Origin: an uncultured delta proteobacterium | GTDB taxonomy: Bacteria > Desulfobacterota > Syntrophia > Syntrophales > UBA5619 | DNA: 64,000 nucleotides | Direction of reading: 5' to 3' | Assembly (NCBI GenBank): GCA_963817385.1 | Contig: CAWFOM010000005.1 | Location: 320,001-384,000 of the forward strand | Part shown: positions 1 to 10,145 of the stretch, piece by piece | Position numbering within the stretch: the stretch's first letter is position 1 | How the letters are laid out: each line of letters starts with the position of its first letter | Position numbers and translations under genes: made by a program | Notes under the pieces: model-generated | Database searches by the model: none | The model's input: the letters and a program-made list of their open reading frames with translations, nothing else | What the model was told of the DNA's origin: nothing

Positions 1-140
1 ATCCGGTGCCCGCGGAGCTTCCGATAATCGGCGAGGCTCCGCACGAGCGCCCGTCGCCCCTCTTCGAGGCTGATCCGTTCATATCTCCTCAGGGCATCCG
101 ATTGACGGATCAGATTGTAGCCGTCCACGATGATGTGCAT
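1..140 (-). CDS. NYN domain protein, YacP/Rae1-like (partial, runs off window start)
   Basis: Manual translation from ATG at 140: MHIIVDGYNLIRQSDALRRYERISLEEGRRALVRSLADYRKLRGHR; DGYN motif of the NYN_YacP family. Confidence 0.75.
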   Translation of the reverse strand, partial: MHIIVDGYNLIRQSDALRRYERISLEEGRRALVRSLADYRKLRGHR

Positions 141-399
141 GGAGACGTTCTCCGCGTCTTTTGAGAAACAACCGTTTTGCAGGAAGTCATTGCCGACATG
201 TCCCGAATATGCTATACGTTTCTCCACACTATATCAAACCGGGTTTCAATTTAACATCGAAAATGCGCAGGTGCAGGCCTGCGTTCTCTCAAGGGAAGTG
301 GCGGCATGACAGTGGTTGTCGGATGAGGATGGGGTGCGCCCCCTGACGGGTCTGACCGCTGTCGGACGGTTTTCTCAGACGAAGGGAGGGGGAAAAACC

Positions 400-1542
400 A
401 TGGATTTTGAGTTGACCGAGGAACAGAAGATGTTAAAGGAGATGGCGTACCGCTTCGCCCGGGCTAATTTCACCGCCCTGTCACAGGAATGCGACGAGAA
501 AGAAAAGTACACGGCGGAGATCCGGACGAAGGCGGCTGCCCAGGGGCTTGTCGGCGCGTGGGTTCCCGAGGAGTATGGCGGCGCCGGAGCGGGCTGCCTG
601 GGGAACGCAATTATCACCGAAGAGCTCTCGAAGGTGGACATGGGAATCTGCCTGAACGTCACGGCGGCGACCTTCGGCTGCGAGGCGATCCTCCAGTACG
701 GCACCGAGGAGCAGAAGAAGACCTGGCTCCCGCCCGTCTGCAGCGGCGAGCGGGTAAGCGCCGGGGCCTTCACTGAGCCCAACGCCGGGACCGACGTCGC
801 CGGCTACAAGACGCGGGCGGTAAAGGACGGGAGCGACTACGTGATCAACGGCAGCAAGACGTTCATCACCAACGGGACCGTCTGCGACTTCATGGTGACA
901 CAGTGCATCACGAATCCCGAAGAGAAGAAGCACAACAGCTTCAGCCTGATCATCATCCCGGCGGACGCGAAGGGGGTGACCCGGAACAAGATCCACGGGA
1001 AGCTGGGGATCCGCGCGAGCGACACGGCGGAGATCGCCCTCGAGGATGTCCGAGTGCCTCAGGCCAACCTCGTCGGTAAAGAGGGCCATGGTTTCCGCGA
1101 GCTCATGCACTTCTTCGACACGACGCGCGTCATGGTCGCCGCCCAGGCCCTCGGCCTCTCGGAGGCCTGCCTCGAAACCAGCATCAAGTACGTCAAGGAG
1201 CGGACCGCCTTCGGGCAGCCGCTGGGCGCCTATCAGCTCACCCAGATGAAGCTCACCGAGATGGCGATCCGGATCGAGGCCCTCCGGGGTCTGGTTCTCA
1301 AGTCGGCCTGGCTGATTGATCAAGGGCGTCCCGACTACACGCTCGCGGCGATGGCGAAGTTCTTCGGCGGGCAGACCGCCGTCTTCTGCGCCAACTACGC
1401 CGTGGAGCTCCACGGGGGGTACGGGTACATCGAGGAGTACCCCGTCCAGAAGTGGTACCGCGACGCCAAGATCCTCGAACTCTACGAGGGGACGAAGGAA
1501 GCGGAGATCATGACCATCGGGCGGTATCTCCAGGCGAGGTAA
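400..1542 (+). CDS. Acyl-CoA dehydrogenase
   Basis: MDFELTEEQ start after GGAGG-like SD; TEPNAGTD, NGSKTFITN, HGGYGY and YEGT motifs. Confidence 0.95.
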   Translation: MDFELTEEQKMLKEMAYRFARANFTALSQECDEKEKYTAEIRTKAAAQGLVGAWVPEEYGGAGAGCLGNAIITEELSKVDMGICLNVTAATFGCEAILQYGTEEQKKTWLPPVCSGERVSAGAFTEPNAGTDVAGYKTRAVKDGSDYVINGSKTFITNGTVCDFMVTQCITNPEEKKHNSFSLIIIPADAKGVTRNKIHGKLGIRASDTAEIALEDVRVPQANLVGKEGHGFRELMHFFDTTRVMVAAQALGLSEACLETSIKYVKERTAFGQPLGAYQLTQMKLTEMAIRIEALRGLVLKSAWLIDQGRPDYTLAAMAKFFGGQTAVFCANYAVELHGGYGYIEEYPVQKWYRDAKILELYEGTKEAEIMTIGRYLQAR

Positions 1543-1566
1543 CCGGGGCGAAAAAGGAGGCCATTT

Positions 1567-2604
1567 GTGAAGACGCGCATCACCGAGCTGTTCGGCATCA
1601 AGCATCCCATCATCCTCTCGGGCATGAGCTGGATCAGCGTGCCCCGGATGGTGGCGGCCGTTTCCAACGCGGGCGGTCTCGGGATCCTGGCGACCGGGCC
1701 GCTCGACGCGGACCGGACGCGGCAGGCGATCCGGGAGATCCGGAGCCTGACCGACAAGCCCTTCGGGGCCAACGCCACCCTGCTGTTTCCGGGGGCCGCC
1801 GAGAACGCGAAGGTCCTGCTGGAGGAGAAGGTGCCGGTGATCAACTTCGCCCTGGGGAAGGGCGATTGGATCGTGAAGGCGGCCCACGAATACGGCGGGA
1901 AGGTGATTGCCACTGTGGTCAACGCCCGGCACGCGAAGCGCGCCCAGGATTACGGGGCGGACGGCGTGATTGCGACCGGCCACGAGGCGGCCGCCCACGG
2001 GGAGGAGATCACCTCCTTCGTCCTCATCCCCAGCCTCGCGGACGTCCTCGATATACCGGTGATCGCCGCGGGCGGCATCGCCGACGGGAGGGGCTTGGCG
2101 GCGGCCCTGGCCCTCGGCGCGGAAGGGGTGGCGATGGGGAGCCGCTTCATGACGACGAAGGAGAGCCCGCTGCATGCCTCGTTCAAGAAACTCTCCCTCG
2201 AGAAAGGGGTCACCGACACCCTCTACTCTCCCCGCTTTGACGGGATCTCCTGCCGGGTGATGAAGACCGATACGGCCGCGCGGGCGATCCGGCGCGGGCT
2301 GGACCTCACGGCGGCCTTCTTCAACTCCCGGGAGATCGCCGCTCAGCTCCACATGCCCTACCTGAAGCTCTGCATCGGCGTCCTGGCCTCCGGCTGGAAG
2401 AACACCCGGCAGCTTGCCTACATGGCCAACGGCTTCAAGGCGATCCGCCTCGCCACCGAGGAGGGCGACCAGGAGCGGGGCGTCCTCCCCGTGGGGCAGG
2501 CGGTGGGGCTCCTCCACGACGAGCCGACGGTGGCCGAGGTGATCACCCGGATCGTCGCCGAGGCCGGGCAGGTCAGGGAGAAGATGGCCGGTCAGCTCGC
2601 CTGA
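1567..2604 (+). CDS. Nitronate monooxygenase / FabK-like FMN-dependent oxidoreductase
   Basis: MKTRITELFGIKHPII, AVSNAGGLG, EAAAH, PVIAAGGIADGRG, GAEGVAMGSRF; AGGAGG SD before GTG. Confidence 0.9.
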   Translation: MKTRITELFGIKHPIILSGMSWISVPRMVAAVSNAGGLGILATGPLDADRTRQAIREIRSLTDKPFGANATLLFPGAAENAKVLLEEKVPVINFALGKGDWIVKAAHEYGGKVIATVVNARHAKRAQDYGADGVIATGHEAAAHGEEITSFVLIPSLADVLDIPVIAAGGIADGRGLAAALALGAEGVAMGSRFMTTKESPLHASFKKLSLEKGVTDTLYSPRFDGISCRVMKTDTAARAIRRGLDLTAAFFNSREIAAQLHMPYLKLCIGVLASGWKNTRQLAYMANGFKAIRLATEEGDQERGVLPVGQAVGLLHDEPTVAEVITRIVAEAGQVREKMAGQLA

Positions 2605-2605
2605 C

Positions 2606-3872
2606 CTACCACCCCTTGGTCCACATCTCGTCGTCCTCGTAGACCTTCTCGTCGTTCTGGGCGGCCTCCTCGGCGTCCGCCTCGATCATCCGGCCCGGGT
2701 TCGGGTCCTTGAGGAGTTCGCGGTAGTACTCGTGCTGGATGAGGAGGTTCATGACGTCGTTCGTGCCCGTCCAGATCTGGATGAGGCGGGTGTCGCGGAT
2801 CATCTTCTCGATGGGGAAGACGTTCGTGTAGCCGATGCCGCCCACCACCTGCATGGCGAGGTTGCAGACGCTCCAGGCGGTGTCCGTCGCGAACTTCTTC
2901 GCCTCGCTGACGAGCCGCCGGGCGGCGGGAAGATCCGCGTCGACGCTTTTCCCCGCGGCGATGGTCAGCGCCCGGGCGGCGTCGAGGGCGGTGATCGCGT
3001 CGGCCACCTTGAAGCTCACCCCCTCGAAGTTCCGGATCTTCTGCCCGAAGGCCTTCCGCCGGTCGGAGTAGCGGGCGGCGACCTCGAGCGCGGCCCGGGC
3101 CATCCCGAGGGAGCCGCCGGCCGAGGTGAGCCGCTCCGGGACCATCATCGTGTCGAAGATGAGCGCCCCCTGGTTGAGCCCGCCGATGAGGTTCGCCTCC
3201 GGGACCTTCACGTCCCGGAAGATCAGCCTCCCCGTCCCGCCGCCCCGCGTCCCGAGGAGCTTGTAGAGGTACTTGACCTCGACGCCGGGCCGGTCCTTCT
3301 CGATCAGGATGAGGCTGATCCGTTCATGGGGTTTCCCCTCCGGGTCCGTATTGCAGTAGACGATGAAGAAGTCCGCCCCGTCGGCGGCGACGACGAACCG
3401 CTTCTGCCCCTTCACCGTGAACCAGCCGTCCTTCAGCTCCGCCCGGGTCGTGGCGCCGAAGAAATCGGAGCCCCCCCGGGGCTCGGTGAGGGCCTCGGCG
3501 GAGATCAGATCCCCCTTCAGGAGCGGCTTGAGGAACTTCTCTTTCTGCTCTTCCGTTCCGAAGGAGTGAAGGGCCTGGCCGACGATCGAGGGCATGGAGA
3601 AGGCGCAGCCGAGCGCCGTTCCCAGGACCCCCACCTCTTCGAGGGCGGCGATCTCGGCGCTCCAGGGGAGTGCCGCGGCCGCCGTATTTTGCGGGGAAGC
3701 GCAGGCCGAGGAGATTCCGGTCTCCCAGGGCCTTGACGAATTCGCGGGGATAGGTGATCTCGTCCCGGTCCATCTTTCTGATCAGGTCGGACGATACCTC
3801 GTGTTTGACAAACTCCCGGACCTCCCGTTTCAAGGCGATCTCTTCCGGCGAAAGAAGAATGTCCTGCAGCAT
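2606..3872 (-). CDS. Acyl-CoA dehydrogenase (apparent frameshift near 3673)
   Basis: N-terminus in ORF 3324..3872 joins ORF 2606..3634 after removing one base ([20 protein letters not shown]); [13 protein letters not shown] motifs. Confidence 0.9.
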
Positions 3873-4092
3873 ATCCTGTTCCCTCCTCTCTTTTTTCCGG
3901 TCATGCCGAACCGGGAGACGGCCGGGGTGGTTAGACAGGCTCTCTCCGACGGCTGACGCCGGTGATTCCCTGGTGCGGTGTCGCGTCGTTTCCCTGCCGA
4001 TTCCTGCCGGAAGGACGCACAGACGCGTTACCGCCCGGCAGCAGAGGAGATCCTGAAGATGATCGATCGTGCGGGGGAACGCCCCGGTGTTT

Positions 4093-4764
4093 TCAGACGG
4101 TGACGGCGGGTGCGGTGAGAAGGGCCTTCATCGCCCGGATCGTTTCGGCATAGTTGCCGCTTTCAAAGACGGAGGCGCCCGCGACCAGGATGTCCGCCCC
4201 GGCGTCGGCGATGGAGCGGATGTTTTTCAGCGTCACGCCGCCGTCCACCTCCAGGAGGACCTCCGGGGCGATCTCCCGGATCATCCGTTTGGCCTGCGCG
4301 ATCTTCGGGAGCATCCCCCCGATGAACTTCTGCCCCCCGAAGCCGGGGTTGACGGTCATGATGAGCAGAAGATCGATATCGGGAAGGATCGGCTCCACCA
4401 GGCAGAGCGGCGTCGCCGGGTTGATCGAGACGCCCGGCCGGATGCCCCGCTCGCGGATCATGGCGATCGTCCGGTGGAGATGGACCGCGGCCTCCACGTG
4501 GATCGTGATCCGGTCGCTCCCCGCCTTCGCGAAGACTTCGATGTACCGCTCGGGATTTTCGATCATCAGGTGGACGTCGAAGGGGAGGCGCGTCGTCTTC
4601 CGGAGGGAGGCGATGAGCCCCGGTCCGATGGTGAGGTTGGGGACGAAATGGCCGTCCATGACGTCGATATGGATCATGTCCGCCCCGGCCGCCTCGACGG
4701 CCGCGATCTCTTCGCCGAGACGGCTCCCGTCCGCCGACAGGATGGATGGTGCGATCTTTTGCAT
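4093..4764 (-). CDS. rpe: Ribulose-phosphate 3-epimerase
   Basis: IAPSILSAD, HIDVMDGHFVPN, MTVNPGFGGQ, EVDGG. Confidence 0.97.
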   Translation of the reverse strand: MQKIAPSILSADGSRLGEEIAAVEAAGADMIHIDVMDGHFVPNLTIGPGLIASLRKTTRLPFDVHLMIENPERYIEVFAKAGSDRITIHVEAAVHLHRTIAMIRERGIRPGVSINPATPLCLVEPILPDIDLLLIMTVNPGFGGQKFIGGMLPKIAQAKRMIREIAPEVLLEVDGGVTLKNIRSIADAGADILVAGASVFESGNYAETIRAMKALLTAPAVTV

Positions 4765-4767
4765 GGC

Positions 4768-5243
4768 CTATTTCTCCAAAGCCTTGATGGCCTTCAGCTC
4801 AGCTTCTGTAATGTCTTTTTTCCGTTTCAGGGTCCAACCGCCGATCCAATCCTTGATCACTTTCAGATTCGCCGCCACTTTCCGGCTTCCGTTCCGCCCA
4901 GATAGTTGTACATGTTTCCCGGCTTGCCGTCCTTGGTACTCTTACCGTCGTCAAGCCTCCTCATCAGGGCGCCGGTATCCGATCCGTTAACCACGACCAT
5001 GAGGTTTGCGTAGGTATCCATTCTGGGACCTTTCATCGCTTTCTTGAATCCTGCCTCGTCCTTTTTAAACGCCTCCATGGTCGGCGCATCGCTGCCGTGA
5101 CAGGACAGGCAGTGCTCGGAAATGATCTTCTTTACGTCCTTCTCGTATGTTACCTCACCTTTTCCCGCCGCAATGGCAGCCCCGGCAGTGAATACCGTCC
5201 AAAAAACAACTCCCCCAACCACTTTCAACATTTTTCCCGACAT
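4768..5243 (-). CDS. Exported monoheme cytochrome c (apparent frameshift near 4880)
   Basis: Signal peptide, CLSCH heme motif, distal GNMY; shifted frame continues ANLKVIKDWIGGWTLKRKKDITEAELKAIKALEK to TAG at 4768. Confidence 0.75.
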
Positions 5244-5490
5244 TTTCTTGCTCCCTTCTTTTTTTGTTTACCCGGTCCTCGTCCGGGAGAAGATCATCCC
5301 TCCCGGAATTCGAAAAGAACCGGCTGTTCCGATGGAGCTATATACGATGGGCGTCCTGTGAGTCAATGGAATAATGGCGCGTCTCCCGATCGGGAAAAGC
5401 CCGATCCCGCCTTTCACTTGCCGACTTCCACGGGCCGTGGTATGGGAGTAGGCAAAGGCCGGATTCGCTATCCGTGCGAGGTTATGGTTC

Positions 5491-6957
5491 ATGTGGTCGG
5501 GAATCTACAATGCGCTGCTTATTGCTTCCGCCGTCTTTGCCGTCCCCTACTATGGGGCGCGGATGCTCCTGACGGGGAAGTACCGGAAGAGCCTCCGTCC
5601 CCAAGCTCGGCATTCTTCCGCCGGAAACTCGCTTTCCCGCATGGAGGGTGCGCCGCGGATCTGGATCCATGCGGTGTCGGTCGGGGAGGTGACGGCGGCC
5701 GCCCCGATCGTGACGGCGCTCCGCGCCCGCCTCCCCGGGGCCTGCATCGTCCTTTCGACGAGTACGGAGACGGGCCAGGAGATGGCCCGGAAGATCTGTC
5801 CCGCGGCGAGCGCCCATATCTATTATCCCCTCGACATCCCCCGGGTCGTCCGGAGCGTGATCGCGCGGGTGAACCCCGACATCTTCGTCCCCGTCGAGAC
5901 GGAACTCTGGCCCAATTTCATCCGGACCTGCCGGAAACGGGGGACGCGGATCGTCATGGCGAACGGCCGGATCTCCCCCCGCTCCTTCAGCCGTTACCGC
6001 CGGACGAGGTTCTTCTGGAAAGGGGTCCTCTCGGCCGTCGCCGAGGCCGGCGTGATCTCGCAGACGGACAAGGAGAGGCTTTCGGCCATCGGCCTGCCCG
6101 CCGAACGGATTCATCTCCTCGGAAACGCCAAGTACGACGGCCTCGCCTCCCGGGTCTCTCCCGGTATCGAGAGGGAGATCGCCGGCCGCGTGGGGATCGC
6201 GCCGGGGGAGCGGGTGCTGGTTGCGGGGAGCACGCACGAGGGGGAGGAGACGCTCATCCTGGAGGTCTACCGGAAACTCCTGGAGGAGTGGCCGGACTGC
6301 AAACTGATCCTCATCCCCCGCCACATCGAACGGGGGCCGGCCGTCGCGGAGCTGGTCCGTCAGGCGGGATTTGCCGACTGCATCCTGATGTCGGAGATCC
6401 GGGCCGGCCGCAGCCGTCGGGAGGAGCGGGTTCTTGTCGTGGATGTCATCGGCGAGCTCTTCAAGATCTACAGCCTCGCCACGGTCGTCTACTGCGGGGG
6501 GAGTCTCGTGCCGAAGGGAGGCCAGAATATCCTTGAGGCCGCCGCCTGGGGGAAGGTCGTCTTTCACGGGCCGCACATGGATGATTTTCAGGATGAGCGG
6601 GCCCTTCTCGAGGAGGCGGGGGCGGGGATCACCGTCCACGGCGCCGAGGAGCTCTTCACCGGAATCAGGGAGCTTTTCGAGAGCCCCGATCTCCTCCGGG
6701 CAAAGGGGGATGCGGGACGCCGGGCCGTGGCGGCGAACAAGGGCGCCGCGGAGCGCTACGCCGATCTGATTATCGGAGGTCCTGTCACGACCCCTCGCAG
6801 GCTGTTGAAAAACGCTCATCTGCTGCAGTTGCGCTGCAAACCTCATCGCTCGACGTATTACACTATACGCCTCGCTCTTCGGTTCTTGCGCGCCTTGCAT
6901 CTGACCATTTTTGAACAGCCTGCAAAACAGATCGTTATCAGGCTTCCGCCCGTCTGA
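5491..6957 (+). CDS. waaA: 3-deoxy-D-manno-octulosonic acid (Kdo) transferase; true 3' end probably near 6808
   Basis: WIHAVSVGE, ETELWPN, NGRIS, AGSTHEGEE, PRHIER, GGQNILE; the last ~55 aa read through a repeat element. Confidence 0.93.
   Translation: MWSGIYNALLIASAVFAVPYYGARMLLTGKYRKSLRPQARHSSAGNSLSRMEGAPRIWIHAVSVGEVTAAAPIVTALRARLPGACIVLSTSTETGQEMARKICPAASAHIYYPLDIPRVVRSVIARVNPDIFVPVETELWPNFIRTCRKRGTRIVMANGRISPRSFSRYRRTRFFWKGVLSAVAEAGVISQTDKERLSAIGLPAERIHLLGNAKYDGLASRVSPGIEREIAGRVGIAPGERVLVAGSTHEGEETLILEVYRKLLEEWPDCKLILIPRHIERGPAVAELVRQAGFADCILMSEIRAGRSRREERVLVVDVIGELFKIYSLATVVYCGGSLVPKGGQNILEAAAWGKVVFHGPHMDDFQDERALLEEAGAGITVHGAEELFTGIRELFESPDLLRAKGDAGRRAVAANKGAAERYADLIIGGPVTTPRRLLKNAHLLQLRCKPHRSTYYTIRLALRFLRALHLTIFEQPAKQIVIRLPPV
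6797..6923. mobile_element. 127-bp MITE-like element with 16-bp terminal inverted repeats
   Basis: gcaggctgttgaaaaa (6797-6812) and tttttgaacagcctgc (6908-6923) match at 15/16; no transposase; lies between convergent genes. Confidence 0.7.
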
Positions 6958-7837
6958 GGTACTCATTCCACTTGCTGTCGACCGACCGCTGGAGCTTGCC
7001 CAACTGCTCCAGGCTCATCTTCTTGAAGCGCCCCTGCCGCTCCACGAAATGGATCACCGGGGCGCGGTTTCCCTTCTCGGCGAGGGTCTTGCTCCGGCCG
7101 GTGAAGCGGAACTTCCCGTTTTCGATCTCGTAGAGGACGAAGATCCCCGTTTCGACGGCAAGGCGGCCGATCTTGACCGTGTCCCGGGGCGGGAAGACCC
7201 AGCCGGGCGGGCAGGGGGTCGCGATCTGGAGGTAGCGGGTCCCCTTGATCCTCTTGGCCTTGACGAACTTGTCGTAGAGGTCGATGGGGAACGAGGGGGA
7301 GGTGGTCGCCAGGTAGGGGATGTCGTGGGCCTCCATGATCTTCATCATGTCCTTCTTATTCTGCTGTTTGGTGAGGATCGGGGTCGTCGTCGTCAGCGCC
7401 CCCATGGGGGTGGCGCTGGAGCGCTGCGTCCCCGTGTTCATGTACCCCTCGTTGTCGTAGCAGACGAAGATGAAGTCGGTTCCCCGCTCGGCGGCGCCGG
7501 AGAGGGCCTGGATGCCGATGTCGAACGTCCCCCCGTCGCCGGCGATGGCGACGACCGTGATGTCGCTCCGGTTCAGGGCCGAAAGCCCCGCCACGATCCC
7601 CGATGCCGACGCCGCCGTGCTGGCGAAGGTGCAGTTCAGGCACGGGATGCCGACGGACGTGATCGGGTAGAGGCCGTGGAGGACCGTCAGGCAGCTCGCG
7701 GGGAGGGTGAGGATCGTGTTCTCCCGGAGCGCCTTGAGGACATAGCGGTAGGCCAGCGAGAGTCCGCAGCCCGAGCAGGCGCGGTTTCCCGGCAGCATGT
7801 ATTCTTCCTTGTTCACCTTGAAGAGTTTCTCTGGCAT
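6938..7837 (-). CDS. porB: 2-oxoacid (pyruvate/ketoisovalerate-type):ferredoxin oxidoreductase beta subunit
   Basis: ACSGCG, GDGG TPP motif, YDNEGYMNTG, CPPGW. Confidence 0.9.
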   Translation of the reverse strand: MPEKLFKVNKEEYMLPGNRACSGCGLSLAYRYVLKALRENTILTLPASCLTVLHGLYPITSVGIPCLNCTFASTAASASGIVAGLSALNRSDITVVAIAGDGGTFDIGIQALSGAAERGTDFIFVCYDNEGYMNTGTQRSSATPMGALTTTTPILTKQQNKKDMMKIMEAHDIPYLATTSPSFPIDLYDKFVKAKRIKGTRYLQIATPCPPGWVFPPRDTVKIGRLAVETGIFVLYEIENGKFRFTGRSKTLAEKGNRAPVIHFVERQGRFKKMSLEQLGKLQRSVDSKWNEYLRRAEA

Positions 7838-7838
7838 G

Positions 7839-9047
7839 TTATGACTCCGTCACGCAGTTAAGCCATGTCTGCCGTTCCCTGTTCCCCGACGCGATCGCCG
7901 CGAGGGAGGCGCGGGTGGCCTCGACGAGCTCTCTGGCCTTGACATCGCGGCCGCCGAGACCGGCGATATAATTATGGATCGGCGTATCGATGCCGGTTCC
8001 GTAGAGGGCGGCCTTGATGTCGGCCGAGAGCGCCCCCTCGTAGCCGTAGCTGATGTTCTTCTCGAAGACGACGATCGCCGGGGTTGTTCGGAGGGCCTCG
8101 CGGATCTCCTCGCGGGGGAAGGGGCGGTAGACGCGGACACCGACGACGCCGGCCCGGATTCCCTCCTCGCGGAGGATGTCCGCCGCCATCGTCGCCTCCG
8201 TGGCGATGGAGCCCATGGCGGTGATGAGGACCTCGGCGTCGTCCGCCCGGTAGCTCCAGAGCATTCCGCCGTGGTCGCGGCCGAAGAGCTCTGCGTATTC
8301 ACGACACGTTTCTATGATTACCTCCCTCGATCCTTCCAGGGCGTGCTGGAGTTTCCAGCGCATGTCCATGTAGCCGTCCCGGAGGATGCCCTCTGCATCC
8401 CGCCGCTGCCAGGGGAAGATGACCGGGTTGATGTTCCGGGGGTCTTCCGGGGAGAGGATCGTGTGGGGCTTGTAAGGGGGGAGAAACCGGCAGACCTGTT
8501 CGGCGTCGGGGACGTCGACGGGCATCATCGTGTGGGAGAGGACAAAGCCGTCGTAGCAGACCATGACGGGGCAGTAGACCTGCTCGGCTATCCGGTAGGC
8601 CTGGATCACGGAATCCAGGATCTCCTGGTTGTCGCGGCAGTAGATCTGGATCCATCCGGTATCCCGCTGAGCGATGGAGTCCTGCTGGTCGTTGAAGATC
8701 GACCAGGGGGCGCCGACGCCGCGGTTCACACAGCAAAGGACGATGGGGAGGCGGGAGCCCGCCGCCCAGTGGAGCTGTTCGTGCATGTAGAGGAGCCCGT
8801 GCGAAGAGGTCGAGGTGAAGACCCGGGCGCCGACGGTGGAGGCGGAGACGCAGACCGTCATGACCGAATGCTCGCTCTCGACCCGGACGTACTCCGCCTT
8901 CAGCTCGCCCTTCTCGACCCAGTTGGCGATCGTTTCGGTCACGGAGGTCGAGGGGGTGATGGGATAGGCGGAGACGACCTGGACCTTGCAGAGCTTCGCC
9001 CCGTAAGCGGCGGCCGAATTACCGGTCATGATCTGGACGTCGCTCAT
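7839..9047 (-). CDS. porA: 2-oxoacid:ferredoxin oxidoreductase alpha subunit
   Basis: AYPITP, VESEHS, GARVFTSTSSHGL, YRPFP, GLGGRD. Confidence 0.92.
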   Translation of the reverse strand: MSDVQIMTGNSAAAYGAKLCKVQVVSAYPITPSTSVTETIANWVEKGELKAEYVRVESEHSVMTVCVSASTVGARVFTSTSSHGLLYMHEQLHWAAGSRLPIVLCCVNRGVGAPWSIFNDQQDSIAQRDTGWIQIYCRDNQEILDSVIQAYRIAEQVYCPVMVCYDGFVLSHTMMPVDVPDAEQVCRFLPPYKPHTILSPEDPRNINPVIFPWQRRDAEGILRDGYMDMRWKLQHALEGSREVIIETCREYAELFGRDHGGMLWSYRADDAEVLITAMGSIATEATMAADILREEGIRAGVVGVRVYRPFPREEIREALRTTPAIVVFEKNISYGYEGALSADIKAALYGTGIDTPIHNYIAGLGGRDVKARELVEATRASLAAIASGNRERQTWLNCVTES

Positions 9048-9337
9048 TTATGCGCCTCATCGTTCAACACCATCGTAATCGCCTTCGCGGGGCACTCCTC
9101 GGCGCAGATGCCGCATCCCTTGCAGTATTCAAGGTCGATCTTGACGGGAACGCCGGCGGCTACGATCCCTTCCGGGCAGTAGAGCCAGCAGAGATAGCAG
9201 GCCGGCCGGTTCTTGACGGAGGCGATGCACTTCGCAGGGTCGATGACCGGGGTGGCGTCCCGCCAGTCTCCGGTCTTCCCTGCCTCGCCGACGGCCGGTT
9301 TGCACATGGCGGAGATATTGTCGTCTTTGAGTTCCAT
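9044..9337 (-). CDS. porD: 2-oxoacid:ferredoxin oxidoreductase delta (2x[4Fe-4S]) subunit
   Basis: TGDWR..P, CYLCWLYCPE, YCKGCGICAEECP; first cluster motif has an 8-residue spacer. Confidence 0.92.
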   Translation of the reverse strand: MELKDDNISAMCKPAVGEAGKTGDWRDATPVIDPAKCIASVKNRPACYLCWLYCPEGIVAAGVPVKIDLEYCKGCGICAEECPAKAITMVLNDEAHK

Positions 9338-9339
9338 AT

Positions 9340-9916
9340 CTACCCTCTTCCTACCGTTTTGTGGATATTCGTTTCCTCGTATGCGGCCTTAAGCGCCGCG
9401 ATGTTGGTCGCCGCCGCCCCGCCGGAGAGTTTCCATTTGAGTCCCTTCTCCAGGTGTTCGATGGAGACGAGCCCCGAGGCCCGGGAGAAGACCCCGAGCA
9501 TCGGGGCGTTGACCATCGGCGTCCCCTCCTTGATGAGGTGGAAGCGTAGGGCGATCGCGGCCGCATCCGCCGTGGCGATCGGCCAGGCCGTTTGGATTAT
9601 CGATTTCGTCCGCCTTCTGGGCGGTGTTGATGATGAGCCATCCCTTCGGTTTCAGCGTGCCCATGATGTCGACCACCCGGAAGAGCGACGGATCGAGGAC
9701 GACGGCGATGTCGGCCTTTTCGATCTGCGAGAAGGTCCGAATCGGGGTGTCGGAGATCCGCGTGGAGGCCGTCAGCGGCGCCCCGCGACGTTCCGGGCCG
9801 AAGGTCGGGGCCGAAGTGACCCCCTTGAATCCCTGCAGATAGGCTGATTCGGCGAGGATCTGTGCGGCGATGACGACTCCCTGTCCGCCGCGCCCGTGCC
9901 ATATCACTTCGTACAT
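9340..9916 (-). CDS. porC: 2-oxoacid:ferredoxin oxidoreductase gamma subunit (apparent frameshift near 9585)
   Basis: HGRGGQG, FGPERRGAP; shifted frame continues IATADAAAIA...NAPMLG...AYEE to TAG at 9340. Confidence 0.88.
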
Positions 9917-9931
9917 GGTGTTCCCCTCAAC

Positions 9932-9965
9932 AAAAAAGGCCAAGGATCTTCAACCCATGGCCTTT
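9932..9965 (-). terminator. Intrinsic terminator (attenuator) upstream of porC
   Basis: Minus strand AAAGGCCATGGG-TTGAAGA-TCCTTGGCCTTT ending in a T6 run, 15 nt before the porC ATG. Confidence 0.8.
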
Positions 9966-9991
9966 AGGATGCGCTGGATTTTCCGGGACGA

Positions 9992-10117
9992 TCATCTCCT
10001 GAAAGCGATGGGTGATGGGCTTGGACCCATCCCGAGAAGAGCGAGGCGCAACAGGAGGCCTCGGCGAAGCAAGCCACGATCAATAGAGGCCTTTCTTGAC
10101 GTCCCATCCATTTTCAT
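9992..10117 (-). CDS. Leu-rich leader peptide (41 aa) of a putative attenuator
   Basis: GGAGG SD then MKMDGTSRKASIDRGLLRRGLLLRLALLGMGPSPSPIAFRR*; 8 Leu in codons 16-28. Confidence 0.7.
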   Translation of the reverse strand: MKMDGTSRKASIDRGLLRRGLLLRLALLGMGPSPSPIAFRR

Positions 10118-10145
10118 AACAACCTCCGATTGCGAAAGCGGCCGG

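Noticed and set aside
6809..6957. Novel C-terminal domain on WaaA
   Set aside because: It is translation of the MITE-like element and overlaps porB; a one-base correction ends the gene near 6808
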